From Candidatus Bathyarchaeia archaeon (GTDB lineage Archaea; Thermoproteota; Bathyarchaeia; 40CM-2-53-6), in contig JBEKSC010000023.1 in the NCBI GenBank assembly GCA_049517415.1, positions 1 to 44,914 on the forward strand: 44,914 nt of DNA, written 5' to 3'. Positions within the stretch are counted from its first letter, which is position 1. Every line of letters starts with the position of its first letter. A model generated the notes under the pieces. The model saw nothing but the letters and a program-made list of their open reading frames with translations, was not told where the DNA came from and did no database searches. The translations under genes were made by a program, and so were the position numbers. Positions 1 through 9,605 of this stretch are shown here, in pieces.

Positions 1-573
1 CCCCTTGACGAAGTCAGGTTGGACTATCCGGCCCGTGGGATTGTCCGGGCTCAGGAGGACAACAGCCTTCGTACGTTTGGTCACCAACGATTTGAGTAAC
101 TCAAGGTTGGGTTGGTACCCGTCTTCTACGCTCACAGGCAGTTTTATCATGCGTGCCCCTGCCAGTTGAGCCGATTCTAAGTACCCGAGGTAAGTTGGGT
201 CTGTTAATATGAGCTCGTCGTTCTTGTTGAAAATCGATAGGTAGGCGCTGAATATGGCTTCAGTGGCACCATCGGCTAGAATGACCTCCTTTTCCGGAGT
301 ATATTTTGTCCCTTGGTGTTTTTCCCAATCAATAGCTATGAGTTTCCTCAAGTCTAAGTATCCGCGGGTTCCGCTGTAAGCCGAAGTGCCCTGTGGATCC
401 TCTGTGATTCTCTTCACAATTTCCTCAGAAACTTCTTTTGGCGGCGGTAGGCTGGGCCCTCCGCCTCCAAAGGAGACGAGTTCTTTTCTCTCGCTTGCTT
501 CGGCCAGAAGAGCTGTTACGCGGCGGATGGGTGAGATGTGAAGTGCGCTAACACGGTCAGAAAGCACTACCAT
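1..573 (-). CDS. PLP-dependent class I/II aminotransferase (5' part; runs off the window)
   Basis: Translated by hand from ATG at 573: MVVLSDRV...SFGGGGP...YSGTRGYLDLRKLIA...GATEAIF...DPTYLGY...LLSPDNPTGRIV, which carries AspAT-family motifs. Confidence 0.9.
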   Translation of the reverse strand, partial: MVVLSDRVSALHISPIRRVTALLAEASERKELVSFGGGGPSLPPPKEVSEEIVKRITEDPQGTSAYSGTRGYLDLRKLIAIDWEKHQGTKYTPEKEVILADGATEAIFSAYLSIFNKNDELILTDPTYLGYLESAQLAGARMIKLPVSVEDGYQPNLELLKSLVTKRTKAVVLLSPDNPTGRIVQPDFVKG

Positions 574-706
574 CACGCTATGCCTGCTTTCCCGTGCGCG
601 GTTTGACCTAGGGCTCGCTATAAGCTTTCCAACGTAATGTAATTACACTAAATGCCAAAAATAATAGGATGAAGAGCAACAGGAAAACACGAGGAAAGAA
701 GAAGCG

Positions 707-1141
707 TTGTGCCTAAACTTTGTTGAAGGCGGCGTCTGTCACCTGACTGGCGGAAAATGCCTCCTCGGACTGAGCGGAGCTTCAGCGGAGAATCACAATA
801 GTGACTGTGAGTTCCACGGCAATTTTGATGTCTGGATTACACAGAAGAACCAACTTCTCATAACAGATATGGGGTTTCCATCTGAGGAACCAAAGCAATG
901 TTTAGCGCTCGGCATCAACGAAACCCTAGCAAGAAGAATCGCGTCGGACAAAGTGGATAAGCTCCGAACATGCATCCTCACGACTGAACGCAGATGTTTG
1001 AAATGCAAGAGCCAGTTTTGGATAACTCAACATGTATCTAAGCCTGGCCTCCTCGAAACTGGAAAAGGCTACTTCTGCCCCGACTGCATTGACGAAAGTA
1101 TCGAGGAGAGGCTGGGTGTTCTACGTTATTGGTGCGGTTAA
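707..1141 (+). CDS. Cys-rich hypothetical protein, probable Zn-binding
   Basis: 144 aa with 11 Cys, including CLKC...CPDC; fills the space between two minus-strand units. Confidence 0.6.
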   Translation: MCLNFVEGGVCHLTGGKCLLGLSGASAENHNSDCEFHGNFDVWITQKNQLLITDMGFPSEEPKQCLALGINETLARRIASDKVDKLRTCILTTERRCLKCKSQFWITQHVSKPGLLETGKGYFCPDCIDESIEERLGVLRYWCG

Positions 1142-1147
1142 TCTGGT

Positions 1148-1780
1148 CTATTGGGCTGCCCACGTCGGGACACAGTGGAACGGCGATTTGGCTTTGAATT
1201 CTGTTGTTGGGTTGGTACGAACGAATTCTCTACCCTTCGTCAATGCTAGGTAATTCAATGACATTAGGGTTTCTTTCTTGCCAGCGAGAAAGTGTTTCAA
1301 AGATTCCTTAATGCGATCATCAGTGACCTGTGGGTGGCACAGTTCGATAAATGCGCCGAACATTACTGCATTGGCGAACATTTTCGTATCTTGCGTCTCG
1401 GTTGGAAAATCATTCTTCAATTCATCTGCTATCTGGGTTGCCGGAATCCCGAATGCTTTAACATCATCACGGTCAATTTCGGTCCCGATCAGCGTCGTAT
1501 TGTAGAGGACTACTCCGTCGGGGCGAAGGTAGTTGAGGAAGTCCAATGAGGGTTGATTCATTATTATTTCAATGTCGGGTTCTTCCGCTATTGGGTTGTC
1601 AACTTCTTCGTCTGATATCACGACGTAGCACTTTGCTTTGCCACCCCGCGTCTCCGGGCCGTACGATGGTGTGTACGCAACATGTTTGCCTTCTAGCAAT
1701 GCAGTGTAGGCTATGTAATCACTGAGGAGCAAGACCCCTTGGCCACCGTGCCCAGCTATCAGTATCTTAGTCTTTGTCAT
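1148..1780 (-). CDS. 2-oxoacid:ferredoxin oxidoreductase gamma subunit
   Basis: IAGHGGQGVL, SYGPETRGG, NAVMFGA motifs. Confidence 0.93.
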   Translation of the reverse strand: MTKTKILIAGHGGQGVLLLSDYIAYTALLEGKHVAYTPSYGPETRGGKAKCYVVISDEEVDNPIAEEPDIEIIMNQPSLDFLNYLRPDGVVLYNTTLIGTEIDRDDVKAFGIPATQIADELKNDFPTETQDTKMFANAVMFGAFIELCHPQVTDDRIKESLKHFLAGKKETLMSLNYLALTKGREFVRTNPTTEFKAKSPFHCVPTWAAQ

Positions 1781-2577
1781 TTCTTCTCAACTCCGAAGGT
1801 ATCTTTGTAGACGCCTAGCGGGAACTTCTTCGCCATGTGCTCGTACACGAAGCGTTTGGCATCTAGGATAGGCATCTTCCAGTTAATCGAGCAGGTGCTT
1901 AGCAGTTCTACGAAGGCGAAACCGCCCAGGGCCTGGACTTTGAACGCGTTCTCCACCGATTTCTTCGCGTCAAGCAAATTCTTGATCGTGTACACCTTGC
2001 CCCTCTGGCCTGAGAGTTCTTGAATTGCCAAGCTTGCACGTTTCACGTAGGCTGCTCCGTCTATTTGTGAGATGAGTTTTGAAACATCGAGCTCAGTCCC
2101 TGTCATTGCTGCGTCTCTTCCGAAAGGCGTGGTACTAGTTACCTGACCTTCGAGTGTGGTTGGCGCCATTTGGCCGCCGGTCATACCGTAGATTGCGTTG
2201 TTCACGAGGAAGACTGTGATCGGGGTGCTTCTCTTCGCTGCGTACACCAATTCTGAGAGCCCGATGGAGGCGGCGTCTCCGTCGCCCTGAACTGTGAAGA
2301 CGGTGAGTTCAGGTTTAACCCTCTTCAGGCCTGCGGCAACCGCAGGAGCTCTTCCGTGAGGCGCCACGATGTGGTCGCAGTTGAAGTAATTGTAAGCCAG
2401 GACACTGCAGCCTACTGAGTCAATCATAACCGTTTTTTCACGAATTCGTAGTTCATCCATTGCGGCGGCGATCAACCGCGTGAGTGTGCCATGTTCGCAT
2501 CCTGCGCAGTAGTGCGTTGGGTTATCGGTCAAAGATTCCAGTTTGCCTACCTTTACTTTGAGAGAAAGTTGACTCAT
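1777..2577 (-). CDS. 2-oxoacid:ferredoxin oxidoreductase beta (TPP-binding) subunit, VOR-like
   Basis: HYCAGCEHG, SVGCS, HGRAPAVAAG, QGDGD...NNAIYGMTGGQMAPTT. Confidence 0.93.
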   Translation of the reverse strand: MSQLSLKVKVGKLESLTDNPTHYCAGCEHGTLTRLIAAAMDELRIREKTVMIDSVGCSVLAYNYFNCDHIVAPHGRAPAVAAGLKRVKPELTVFTVQGDGDAASIGLSELVYAAKRSTPITVFLVNNAIYGMTGGQMAPTTLEGQVTSTTPFGRDAAMTGTELDVSKLISQIDGAAYVKRASLAIQELSGQRGKVYTIKNLLDAKKSVENAFKVQALGGFAFVELLSTCSINWKMPILDAKRFVYEHMAKKFPLGVYKDTFGVEKK

Positions 2578-3650
2578 GCCGCTAACACCTCCAGATGTCG
2601 CAGCTTACTTTCTATTTCAGCTTCGGTCGGGACGATTCCGCCCCATTTGCCTAGAAAGTCGACGGTTACACCCTCGCCGACGGCGAGCTTCACATCTTCA
2701 CACATTTGACCGGTGTTCAACTCGACATCCAAGAACTGCTTTCCTTGCGAAGCGAGTTTTCTCAGCGCGAGTTTCGGAAAAGGCCAAAGCGTAATTGGCC
2801 TGAAGAGGCCGACCTTGACCCCGTTCGAACGAAGTTTGTTAATGGCGCCCTTTGCGATTCGTGACACAATACCGAAGGCAACGATCACTTTCTCAGCATC
2901 TTCAGTTAAGTAAGACTCAAACCTAACCTCGTTCGCTTCTGCCAGCTTGTATTTCTCAAAGATTCTACCCACGTGCTTGTACTGCTTCTGGTAGTCGAGT
3001 TCTAACGAGTTGAGTATGTGTGGCCCGCGACCCTTAGCCCCTGTTGCAGCCCAGGTGGACACATCATACTTTGGTGGCGTGAACTCCGGGAACTCCACGT
3101 CCTCCTTCAATTGGCCTGTGAAAGCATCTCCCAAAATCAGCGTTGGGTTCCTGTACTTGAATGCCAGGTCAAATCCAATCCTCGGGAAGACAGCCATTTC
3201 TTGTACTGAGGCCGGAGCCAAGACGAATAACCGATAGTCGCCATGTCCGCCCCCTTTGGTCGCCTGGAAGTAATCGCTCTGTTCCGGTCCAAGGTTGCCT
3301 AGGCCTGGCCCCGCTCGGCAAATATCAACCACTAGGAATGGAAGTTCCATTCCAGCCGCATATGACAACCCCTCCTGTTTCAGGCTGAAACCTGGGCTAG
3401 AGGTGGCAGTCATCGCGCGTACACCGCCGGATGCGGCTCCAAGGACCATGTTGATGGCTTCTAGTTCGCTCGCGGCTTGCAAGAAGTATTTGTATTCTGG
3501 GTATTTCTTGTTGCCAAACTCTTTTGCTAGGGTTTCTGGGATTTCGCTTGATGGGGTTATTGGATATGCGAAGTACGCGTTGAGGCCTGCTTCGAGCGCG
3601 CCGTATGCCAGGGCCTCGTTACCCTTTAGGTAAACTCGTTGTTTCGACAT
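2574..3650 (-). CDS. vorB: 2-oxoacid (probably 2-ketoisovalerate):ferredoxin oxidoreductase alpha subunit
   Basis: KGNEA, YPITPSSE, TSSPGFSLKQE, RAGPGLGNLGPEQSDY, GGGHGDY. Confidence 0.9.
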   Translation of the reverse strand: MSKQRVYLKGNEALAYGALEAGLNAYFAYPITPSSEIPETLAKEFGNKKYPEYKYFLQAASELEAINMVLGAASGGVRAMTATSSPGFSLKQEGLSYAAGMELPFLVVDICRAGPGLGNLGPEQSDYFQATKGGGHGDYRLFVLAPASVQEMAVFPRIGFDLAFKYRNPTLILGDAFTGQLKEDVEFPEFTPPKYDVSTWAATGAKGRGPHILNSLELDYQKQYKHVGRIFEKYKLAEANEVRFESYLTEDAEKVIVAFGIVSRIAKGAINKLRSNGVKVGLFRPITLWPFPKLALRKLASQGKQFLDVELNTGQMCEDVKLAVGEGVTVDFLGKWGGIVPTEAEIESKLRHLEVLAA

Positions 3651-3902
3651 CTATGCTTTCACCTGGATCTCGCTTATGGCGAAATCTGGGCAGACCCAGT
3701 AACAGATGGCGCATCCCGTGCAGTCTCCTTTCGTTCCTCGATACGTGAATTCCGCTGGGTGGAAGCCAGCATGATTTAGTTTCGTGGAGAGCTTGAGGTT
3801 GCCCTGTGGGCAAACGACGACGCACAGTTCACAGGCTTTGCACTGCTCATCCAAGATCTTAACTGAAGCCCTAGGTTGAGGGATCGTTATAGTTTCGGTC
3901 AA
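3651..3902 (-). CDS. 2x[4Fe-4S] ferredoxin, oxidoreductase delta subunit
   Basis: CKACELCVVVCP and CTGCAICYWVCPD. Confidence 0.93.
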   Translation of the reverse strand: MTETITIPQPRASVKILDEQCKACELCVVVCPQGNLKLSTKLNHAGFHPAEFTYRGTKGDCTGCAICYWVCPDFAISEIQVKA

Positions 3903-4318
3903 GCCTTTACGGCCTCCTTTCTATCAACAAAATTCTCCAATACGTAGCGCAGCATCGCGTAATGCTGTTCTTCGTCCAATGCGAGCATCGTGAGCAGGGT
4001 CTTTAGGTGCGGGTCTCTGACCTGTTCCGTTGCTGAAGTAAAAAGGCGGAGGGCATTCTCTTCCATATCCATAAGTCTCAGCAATTCTTCCCGGCTCTCG
4101 TTGACCGGTGCAAGTAGTTCCCACTGGTTCGTGGCGAGGTAATTGATTGCGCAGTTGATTACATCGGCATGTTGCATCGTGTCCCGCATGAGTTTGGCGT
4201 AGAGAATCTTAACGACGCTATGCTTGGTTTCTCTGACCTTCTTGGCATACACTTCGGTTTCATGTTCCTCGTGGTCTAGCTGATCCCGTAGTAATGCCAA
4301 AAGCTGCCGATTTAGCAT
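3899..4318 (-). CDS. Ferritin-like (rubrerythrin-type) four-helix protein
   Basis: Repeated E...D/ExxH pattern (DTMQH, DEEQH); overlaps the ferredoxin start. Confidence 0.75.
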   Translation of the reverse strand: MLNRQLLALLRDQLDHEEHETEVYAKKVRETKHSVVKILYAKLMRDTMQHADVINCAINYLATNQWELLAPVNESREELLRLMDMEENALRLFTSATEQVRDPHLKTLLTMLALDEEQHYAMLRYVLENFVDRKEAVKA

Positions 4319-4606
4319 ACGCCTCTCGCGTGAAAAAGCCAGGTAATTACTCTTAGCGGTTCTGTTGATATTCTATGTATTTTATCGACCCGTAGGTCGG
4401 AATCAGTCTGCTCGTTGCGGCTTGATTGGGATGACAGCCGAAACCGCCCCAAACTACGCCGCCGCACTCCCGGCCACAAGCGCAAAGGAGAAACTCTTCG
4501 TAACCTCTAGGATGTACCCAGTCAAAACGGCGACGACGATTGATAAGGAAACCAGCAATCACCTTCATAACCCGAGGAACCACAGCCCGATTTAGGTGCG
4601 TTCCAC

Positions 4607-5290
4607 TTGACTAGGCCCCCAGAAGTCATAACGTCTGCCGAGGGCGAGGTATTCGACGTGGAACTTGAGATTGACATACTGAGAGAGAACCAACGCCTCG
4701 CCGACGAGAATAAGAAAAAGCTAGATGCCAACAAGATCCACGCAATCGATGTCATGGGTTCGGTTGGATCGGGCAAAACCTCGCTCATCAAGGCTATCGT
4801 TTCTAGACTGAAGAACAAACACCGAATCGCAGTAATTGAGGGAGACGTAACTACAACGATTGATTCTGAGCTCATAGCCTCTGAGGGAGTCCCGACCGTT
4901 CAAGTCAACACAGGCAAAGAATGCCACCTGGACGCGAACCTCATCAGAAAAGCCTTGGACCGTATGCCATTGGATCGACTTGACCTGATCTTCATTGAGA
5001 ACGTAGGAAACCTGATTTGCCCAGCCGAGTTTCCGCTTGGGTCCGATAGACGATTGGTCGTGATCAGCGTAACGGAGGGCCCCTACATGGTTCTCAAGCA
5101 CCCGATGATGTTTCTCGACGCCAACGTCGTGGCCGTAAACAAGGTAGACTTGGCTAAGGCGATGGATGTTGAACCCGAGAAACTAAGCGCCGATGTTGCT
5201 AAACTGAACCCAAGGGCGGTTACTGTTCCCACAAGTTGCAAGAACGGAAAAGGCATCGAAGAAGTCATCAAAGCACTCGGGTTGAGTTAG
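4607..5290 (+). CDS. hypB: Hydrogenase nickel incorporation GTPase HypB
   Basis: GSVGSGKT, IEGD, TGKECHLDA, ENVGNLICPAEF, NKVD. Confidence 0.96.
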   Translation: MTRPPEVITSAEGEVFDVELEIDILRENQRLADENKKKLDANKIHAIDVMGSVGSGKTSLIKAIVSRLKNKHRIAVIEGDVTTTIDSELIASEGVPTVQVNTGKECHLDANLIRKALDRMPLDRLDLIFIENVGNLICPAEFPLGSDRRLVVISVTEGPYMVLKHPMMFLDANVVAVNKVDLAKAMDVEPEKLSADVAKLNPRAVTVPTSCKNGKGIEEVIKALGLS

Positions 5291-5301
5291 TGATTTAGAA
5301 T

Positions 5302-5712
5302 ATGCATGAGTTCTCTTTTGCCACATCAATTGTAGAATCGCTTCTCGACCTCGCAAATAAGCAGGGGGCGAGTAAGGTGTTGGCGGTTCACATGAGAATT
5401 GGAAAACTCAGAGCCCTATCGACCGAGCAGTTGAGCTTCTCGTATGGCATACTTGCCAAGGGCACTATTCTCGAAGGCTCCAAGTTGACGGTAGAGGAGT
5501 CGGCCGGAAGCCTAAGGTGTACTCACTGCGAGTATCATGGTGAATTTGACCCCGAGGGCGATTTGTCCTTTCACTTTGGAATACCGCCCCTCATCTGCCC
5601 GCGATGTGGTAGCGCTCTGAGTATCGAGGGCGGTGACGAATGCACGATAACAAGCGTCCGGATGGTTCTACCGACAACCGTGAATGAAAGCGAACCCGTA
5701 GCCGAGGCCTAG
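5302..5712 (+). CDS. hypA: Hydrogenase nickel metallochaperone HypA
   Basis: MHEFS N-terminus, CTHC...CPRCGS. Confidence 0.96.
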   Translation: MHEFSFATSIVESLLDLANKQGASKVLAVHMRIGKLRALSTEQLSFSYGILAKGTILEGSKLTVEESAGSLRCTHCEYHGEFDPEGDLSFHFGIPPLICPRCGSALSIEGGDECTITSVRMVLPTTVNESEPVAEA

Positions 5713-5846
5713 AATTGAGGGAACTGGCCGTCAGGTGATGCCTATTCTCTATATAGAAAAGCGGCGGAATATATAACTGGCTTCTCCAGCTCAAAGTAGT
5801 TTCGATTTCCGCATCAGATCAGAGTAATGACTAGAGTGAAGCAGTA

Positions 5847-6941
5847 TTGGAGATAAGAAAGGTCCAGAGAGTCGGACATTCGACATTAACCGTATCCCTT
5901 CCCAGAGATTGGGTTAGACAAGTTGGACTAAAGCAGGGCGGTGTAGTCACACTTCGACTTTCCGAATTCGGCGAACTCATCGTGACACCCGGCAGCGAGA
6001 TGGAATCTGAAGAGATGACGGTCTGCAAAATAAACGCCGACGCCTGCAAGGACCGAGAGTTCCTCTCAAGAATGATTACGGGCAACTACATCTTAGGCCG
6101 CGACACCATCGTAGTATCATCAACTACAGAACTAAAAGCGGAACAACTGGCTGAAATCCGGGACTCGACAAGAAGACTGAGCGGTCTTGGCATCGTCGAG
6201 CAAACACCAAAGGAGACCATGATCCAATGCTTTCTTGACCCTTCCAAATTCACGGTCACAGGCCTACTCACACGCCTACACAAAGTAGCTGTCTCGATGC
6301 TCGAGACGGCCATGCAGGCCTTAATGGACAGAAAATTTTCCCTAGCCTTAGACGTGCTAGAACTTGAGAACGAAGCCGACCGTCTATACTGGCTGATCCT
6401 GCGACAAATATTCAGGGCAATATCGAAGATACCACTGTCGCGGCATGTCGGAATAGAATCGGCAACTCACGCTGTAGGCTATCGGGCTGTGTCAAAATAC
6501 CTCGAAGAGATGGCTGACTGTAGCGAATCGATCGCCAATCTAGTTCTCTCCATGGCCGATGAGAACTGCCTTGAATACTCCTCAGTAATCGACGAAGTGT
6601 GCAAGTTTGGAGCTGAAACCATCGCCATATCGAAAAATGGAATGGATTCACTTAGCATGTTGGATGTCGTGATGGCAAACGAAATTATGGCTCGCTCAAA
6701 ACAGGCTGAAGAAATGGAAAAAGAGGTCATAGAACTCGTCGTGGCATCGGTTCAAGAGCCTAAACTAGCTCTAGCACTAAGAGGCATAGTATGGAACCTA
6801 GCGGAAATATCCCGCTCCGCTCAAATGGTCGCTGAGGTCGCAATGAACCGCTACCTTGAAAGCAATAGCGACATGTGTCAATTCTGGAAAGAGCGGAAGA
6901 GCGGGGGAGACGTTCAATACCTAAGGAAGGTCGTAGCCTAG
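5847..6941 (+). CDS. phoU: Archaeal PhoU-family regulator (AbrB-like N-domain plus two PhoU repeats)
   Basis: RKVQRVGHSTLTVSLPRDW N-terminus; ENEADRLY and LEEMAD motifs. Confidence 0.88.
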   Translation: MEIRKVQRVGHSTLTVSLPRDWVRQVGLKQGGVVTLRLSEFGELIVTPGSEMESEEMTVCKINADACKDREFLSRMITGNYILGRDTIVVSSTTELKAEQLAEIRDSTRRLSGLGIVEQTPKETMIQCFLDPSKFTVTGLLTRLHKVAVSMLETAMQALMDRKFSLALDVLELENEADRLYWLILRQIFRAISKIPLSRHVGIESATHAVGYRAVSKYLEEMADCSESIANLVLSMADENCLEYSSVIDEVCKFGAETIAISKNGMDSLSMLDVVMANEIMARSKQAEEMEKEVIELVVASVQEPKLALALRGIVWNLAEISRSAQMVAEVAMNRYLESNSDMCQFWKERKSGGDVQYLRKVVA

Positions 6942-8383
6942 ACTCATTCTTTGACCCCAAATCCCTAGCCATTGTTGGTGCATCGTCCACACCCCTTCGC
7001 ATAGGCTACGTCATGGCCCAAAATATGGTGGCCAATCATGCGAGAGGAATTTTCAAAGGCGAAGTTTTCCTAGTAAACCCGAATCACGACGAAATCCTCG
7101 GCCAGAGAAGCTACCCTTCCATCTCAGCGATCAAGAGGCGTGTCGAGACAATCGTTGTTGCTATCCCCGCTGAAGGCGTCCCAGATGTGATCGAAGAAGC
7201 TGGAAAAGCCGGGGCTAACGCAGCGATAGTAATATCGTCTGGATTCGCAGAGGTCGGCAACAAAGCATTAGAAGAAAAACTTGTAGACGTAGCAAGAAGA
7301 TACGGAGTCAGAGTTGTAGGGCCGAACTGCCTGGGAATCTATGATGCTTATACTGGCATGGACACGCTTTTCCTACCGGAAACAAAATTCCTTTCGGACG
7401 GGCGCGAAGTCATCGCGACCCCACGTCCAAGGCCTGGTTCAGTCTCGTTTCTAACCCAGAGCGGGGCGTTCGGTGCAGCGGCGTTAGACTACATGGCAGG
7501 CCATGGGATGGGCATACGTGGTTTCGTAAGTTATGGGAATAGGTGTGACGTGACAGAAGATGAATTCCTCGAATATTTCGCGAACGACGACCAAACCAAA
7601 GTAATTATGATGTACGTTGAAGGCCTCGCCAAAGGAAGAGAATTCCTTGAGAGGGCAAAGGAGACTACAAGGAAGAAACCGATTGTTGCGCTCAAGTCAG
7701 GTAGGACGGAGGCGGGGACTAGAGCCGCCGCATCACATACCGCAGCTCTAGCCGGGACCGAGCAGATTTACGAGGGAGCGTTCAAGCAAGTAGGAATCAT
7801 AAGGGTGCGAAACGTTGAAGAGTTGTTCGACTTCGGGCGTGCGTTAGCCCTTCAACCCCCAGCATATACTCAAAGTGTAGCCGTTCTGACGAACGCTGGC
7901 GGACCAGGAATTATTGCGGCTGATGCACTAGAAGAGTCTGGGTTGAAGGTGCAGAAGTTTTCTGAACGAATCATGTCGAAATTCGATGACCTCAAGGCGA
8001 AGAAGCTGCTTCTGCCGGTCCTTTCAGGATTCAATCCCATGGACCTTTCAGCAGAGGCCACGAGCGAGATGTTTGCGCTCGCCCTATCAACGATCTTGGA
8101 CGATTCCGAAATAGGAGGGCTCGTCTTGATTACGTTGCACCACGCTCCGACGATACTAGATGATGCTGCGGATAAGATCGCGAAAACCATACCAAAATAC
8201 GGGAAACCTGTTACAGTATGCGACATGGGCGGAACGGAAATGGCCGAAACAATGAGAATGGCGTTTGAGAAGAGGGGCATACCATCCTACTCGGTACCCG
8301 AAAGGGCCGCTCGTGCACTCTGGGCATTGTCGTACTACGGAACTTATTTGCAAGACCATGGTTTTGTAAGGGCCGCCGGGTAA
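6875..8383 (+). CDS. acdA: ADP-forming acyl/acetyl-CoA synthetase alpha subunit (true start may be slightly downstream)
   Basis: FFDPKSLAIVGAS, GPNCLG, QSGA, AAASHT (phospho-His), TNAGGPG. Confidence 0.9.
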   Translation: MSILERAEERGRRSIPKEGRSLDSFFDPKSLAIVGASSTPLRIGYVMAQNMVANHARGIFKGEVFLVNPNHDEILGQRSYPSISAIKRRVETIVVAIPAEGVPDVIEEAGKAGANAAIVISSGFAEVGNKALEEKLVDVARRYGVRVVGPNCLGIYDAYTGMDTLFLPETKFLSDGREVIATPRPRPGSVSFLTQSGAFGAAALDYMAGHGMGIRGFVSYGNRCDVTEDEFLEYFANDDQTKVIMMYVEGLAKGREFLERAKETTRKKPIVALKSGRTEAGTRAAASHTAALAGTEQIYEGAFKQVGIIRVRNVEELFDFGRALALQPPAYTQSVAVLTNAGGPGIIAADALEESGLKVQKFSERIMSKFDDLKAKKLLLPVLSGFNPMDLSAEATSEMFALALSTILDDSEIGGLVLITLHHAPTILDDAADKIAKTIPKYGKPVTVCDMGGTEMAETMRMAFEKRGIPSYSVPERAARALWALSYYGTYLQDHGFVRAAG

Positions 8384-8410
8384 ATCGCAGCTTAGGATGA
8401 GACACTCCTT

Positions 8411-9574
8411 TTGTCAGTTGCAACTTTGCCTAAGTATGTTGAAGAACTGAAAGGCCGCCACTTAGATACACTCGTTTCAAGCCTAGTTGAATCATCAGCC
8501 GACAGCAACCTCACCAAAATAGTAGGCTTGCTGAGGGAACGAGGTGTCTACGAAGTTTTCGTTCCGGAAGCCACTCGGTGCGGAATGATATGCGCGAGGG
8601 ACATTTTGAAGACAAACAACATTGAAACTACCAAAATCAGCGCCGTTATGTCATACATACCCACGCTTGAGAGAGATGCGCTGGTCAGCGAAGCGGCTAG
8701 GCTGATGGCAGACTACAGAGTAAGAGCCGTGCCCATTTCTGAAGGTCGGAAAATCATCGGTCAAGTGAACTGCGGGAGCATCCTACTAGAATTGAAAGGT
8801 AAGCTCGGTGCTGACATACGACTCGCTTCTCTAGCGACAAAGGATCCCATAACCCTCGACGACACGGCGCCGGTTGGGAAAGCGAGAGAACTCATGGTTC
8901 GAAAACGAATCGACCACCTACCGGTGACTACAAGAGGTAGAATAGCTGGAGTCATAACATCATTTCAAATCGTTACAAGCATGGCCCCACCAGAACGGGT
9001 TGGAAGCAAATCGATGAAACCCGAAACCCGGCACAACCTCGAGTATCTGGTTAGCGATGCTATGGAGCGGGATCCTTTGACCTGTTCTCCTGAAACTAGC
9101 GCCGAACAAGCTTTGGGTATGATGCTAAAGAGCGCGAGAACTTGTATTCTCGTCACACAATGGGAAGAACTCCAAGGGATAGCCACCCAAAGAGATTTCA
9201 TGACCCTCCTTACTGAGGCAGAGCCTGAACCTGAAGTCCCAGTCTTTATGGTTGGACTTCCCGAGGATCCGTTCGAGGCTGAAGCAACGAAAGCGAAGTT
9301 CAAACGAACCATTAGTCAACTGCACCGGAGTTTTCCAGACATGCTCGAAGCGAGGTCTGTAATAAAATCAAAATTCACGAAGCCAGGTAGAGAGCGAGGT
9401 CGGTATGAAGTGACGATTCATATCAAGACGCCTAGGAACGCTTACAGCTATTCGGAAGGCGGTTATGAACTCCCAGTCATATATGACCTCATAACGGACA
9501 GACTTAAACGCCTAATAACGCAGAAACAAAAAAGTCGAAGAATGCGCGAGAGGGAGCGGCAAGAAGCAGTCTAA
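8411..9574 (+). CDS. Multi-CBS-domain protein with C-terminal HPF/RaiA-like domain (putative ribosome hibernation factor)
   Basis: CBS repeats (EAARLMADYRVRAVPI, ARELMVRKRIDHLPV); C-terminus has a beta-alpha-beta-beta-beta-alpha pattern ending YELPVIYDLITDRLKRLI. Confidence 0.75.
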   Translation: MSVATLPKYVEELKGRHLDTLVSSLVESSADSNLTKIVGLLRERGVYEVFVPEATRCGMICARDILKTNNIETTKISAVMSYIPTLERDALVSEAARLMADYRVRAVPISEGRKIIGQVNCGSILLELKGKLGADIRLASLATKDPITLDDTAPVGKARELMVRKRIDHLPVTTRGRIAGVITSFQIVTSMAPPERVGSKSMKPETRHNLEYLVSDAMERDPLTCSPETSAEQALGMMLKSARTCILVTQWEELQGIATQRDFMTLLTEAEPEPEVPVFMVGLPEDPFEAEATKAKFKRTISQLHRSFPDMLEARSVIKSKFTKPGRERGRYEVTIHIKTPRNAYSYSEGGYELPVIYDLITDRLKRLITQKQKSRRMRERERQEAV

Positions 9575-9605
9575 GTCGCTTTGAATTAACAGGAGTAATT
9601 ACTAC

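Noticed and set aside
3648..3653. Ferredoxin TAG directly followed in frame by the alpha-subunit ATG (possible readthrough fusion)
   Set aside because: Both proteins are full length as separate subunits; this is ordinary translational coupling.
4353..4595. Short ORFs or a metal riboswitch between the ferritin-like gene and hypB
   Set aside because: No recognisable protein or RNA motif; more likely divergent promoter DNA.
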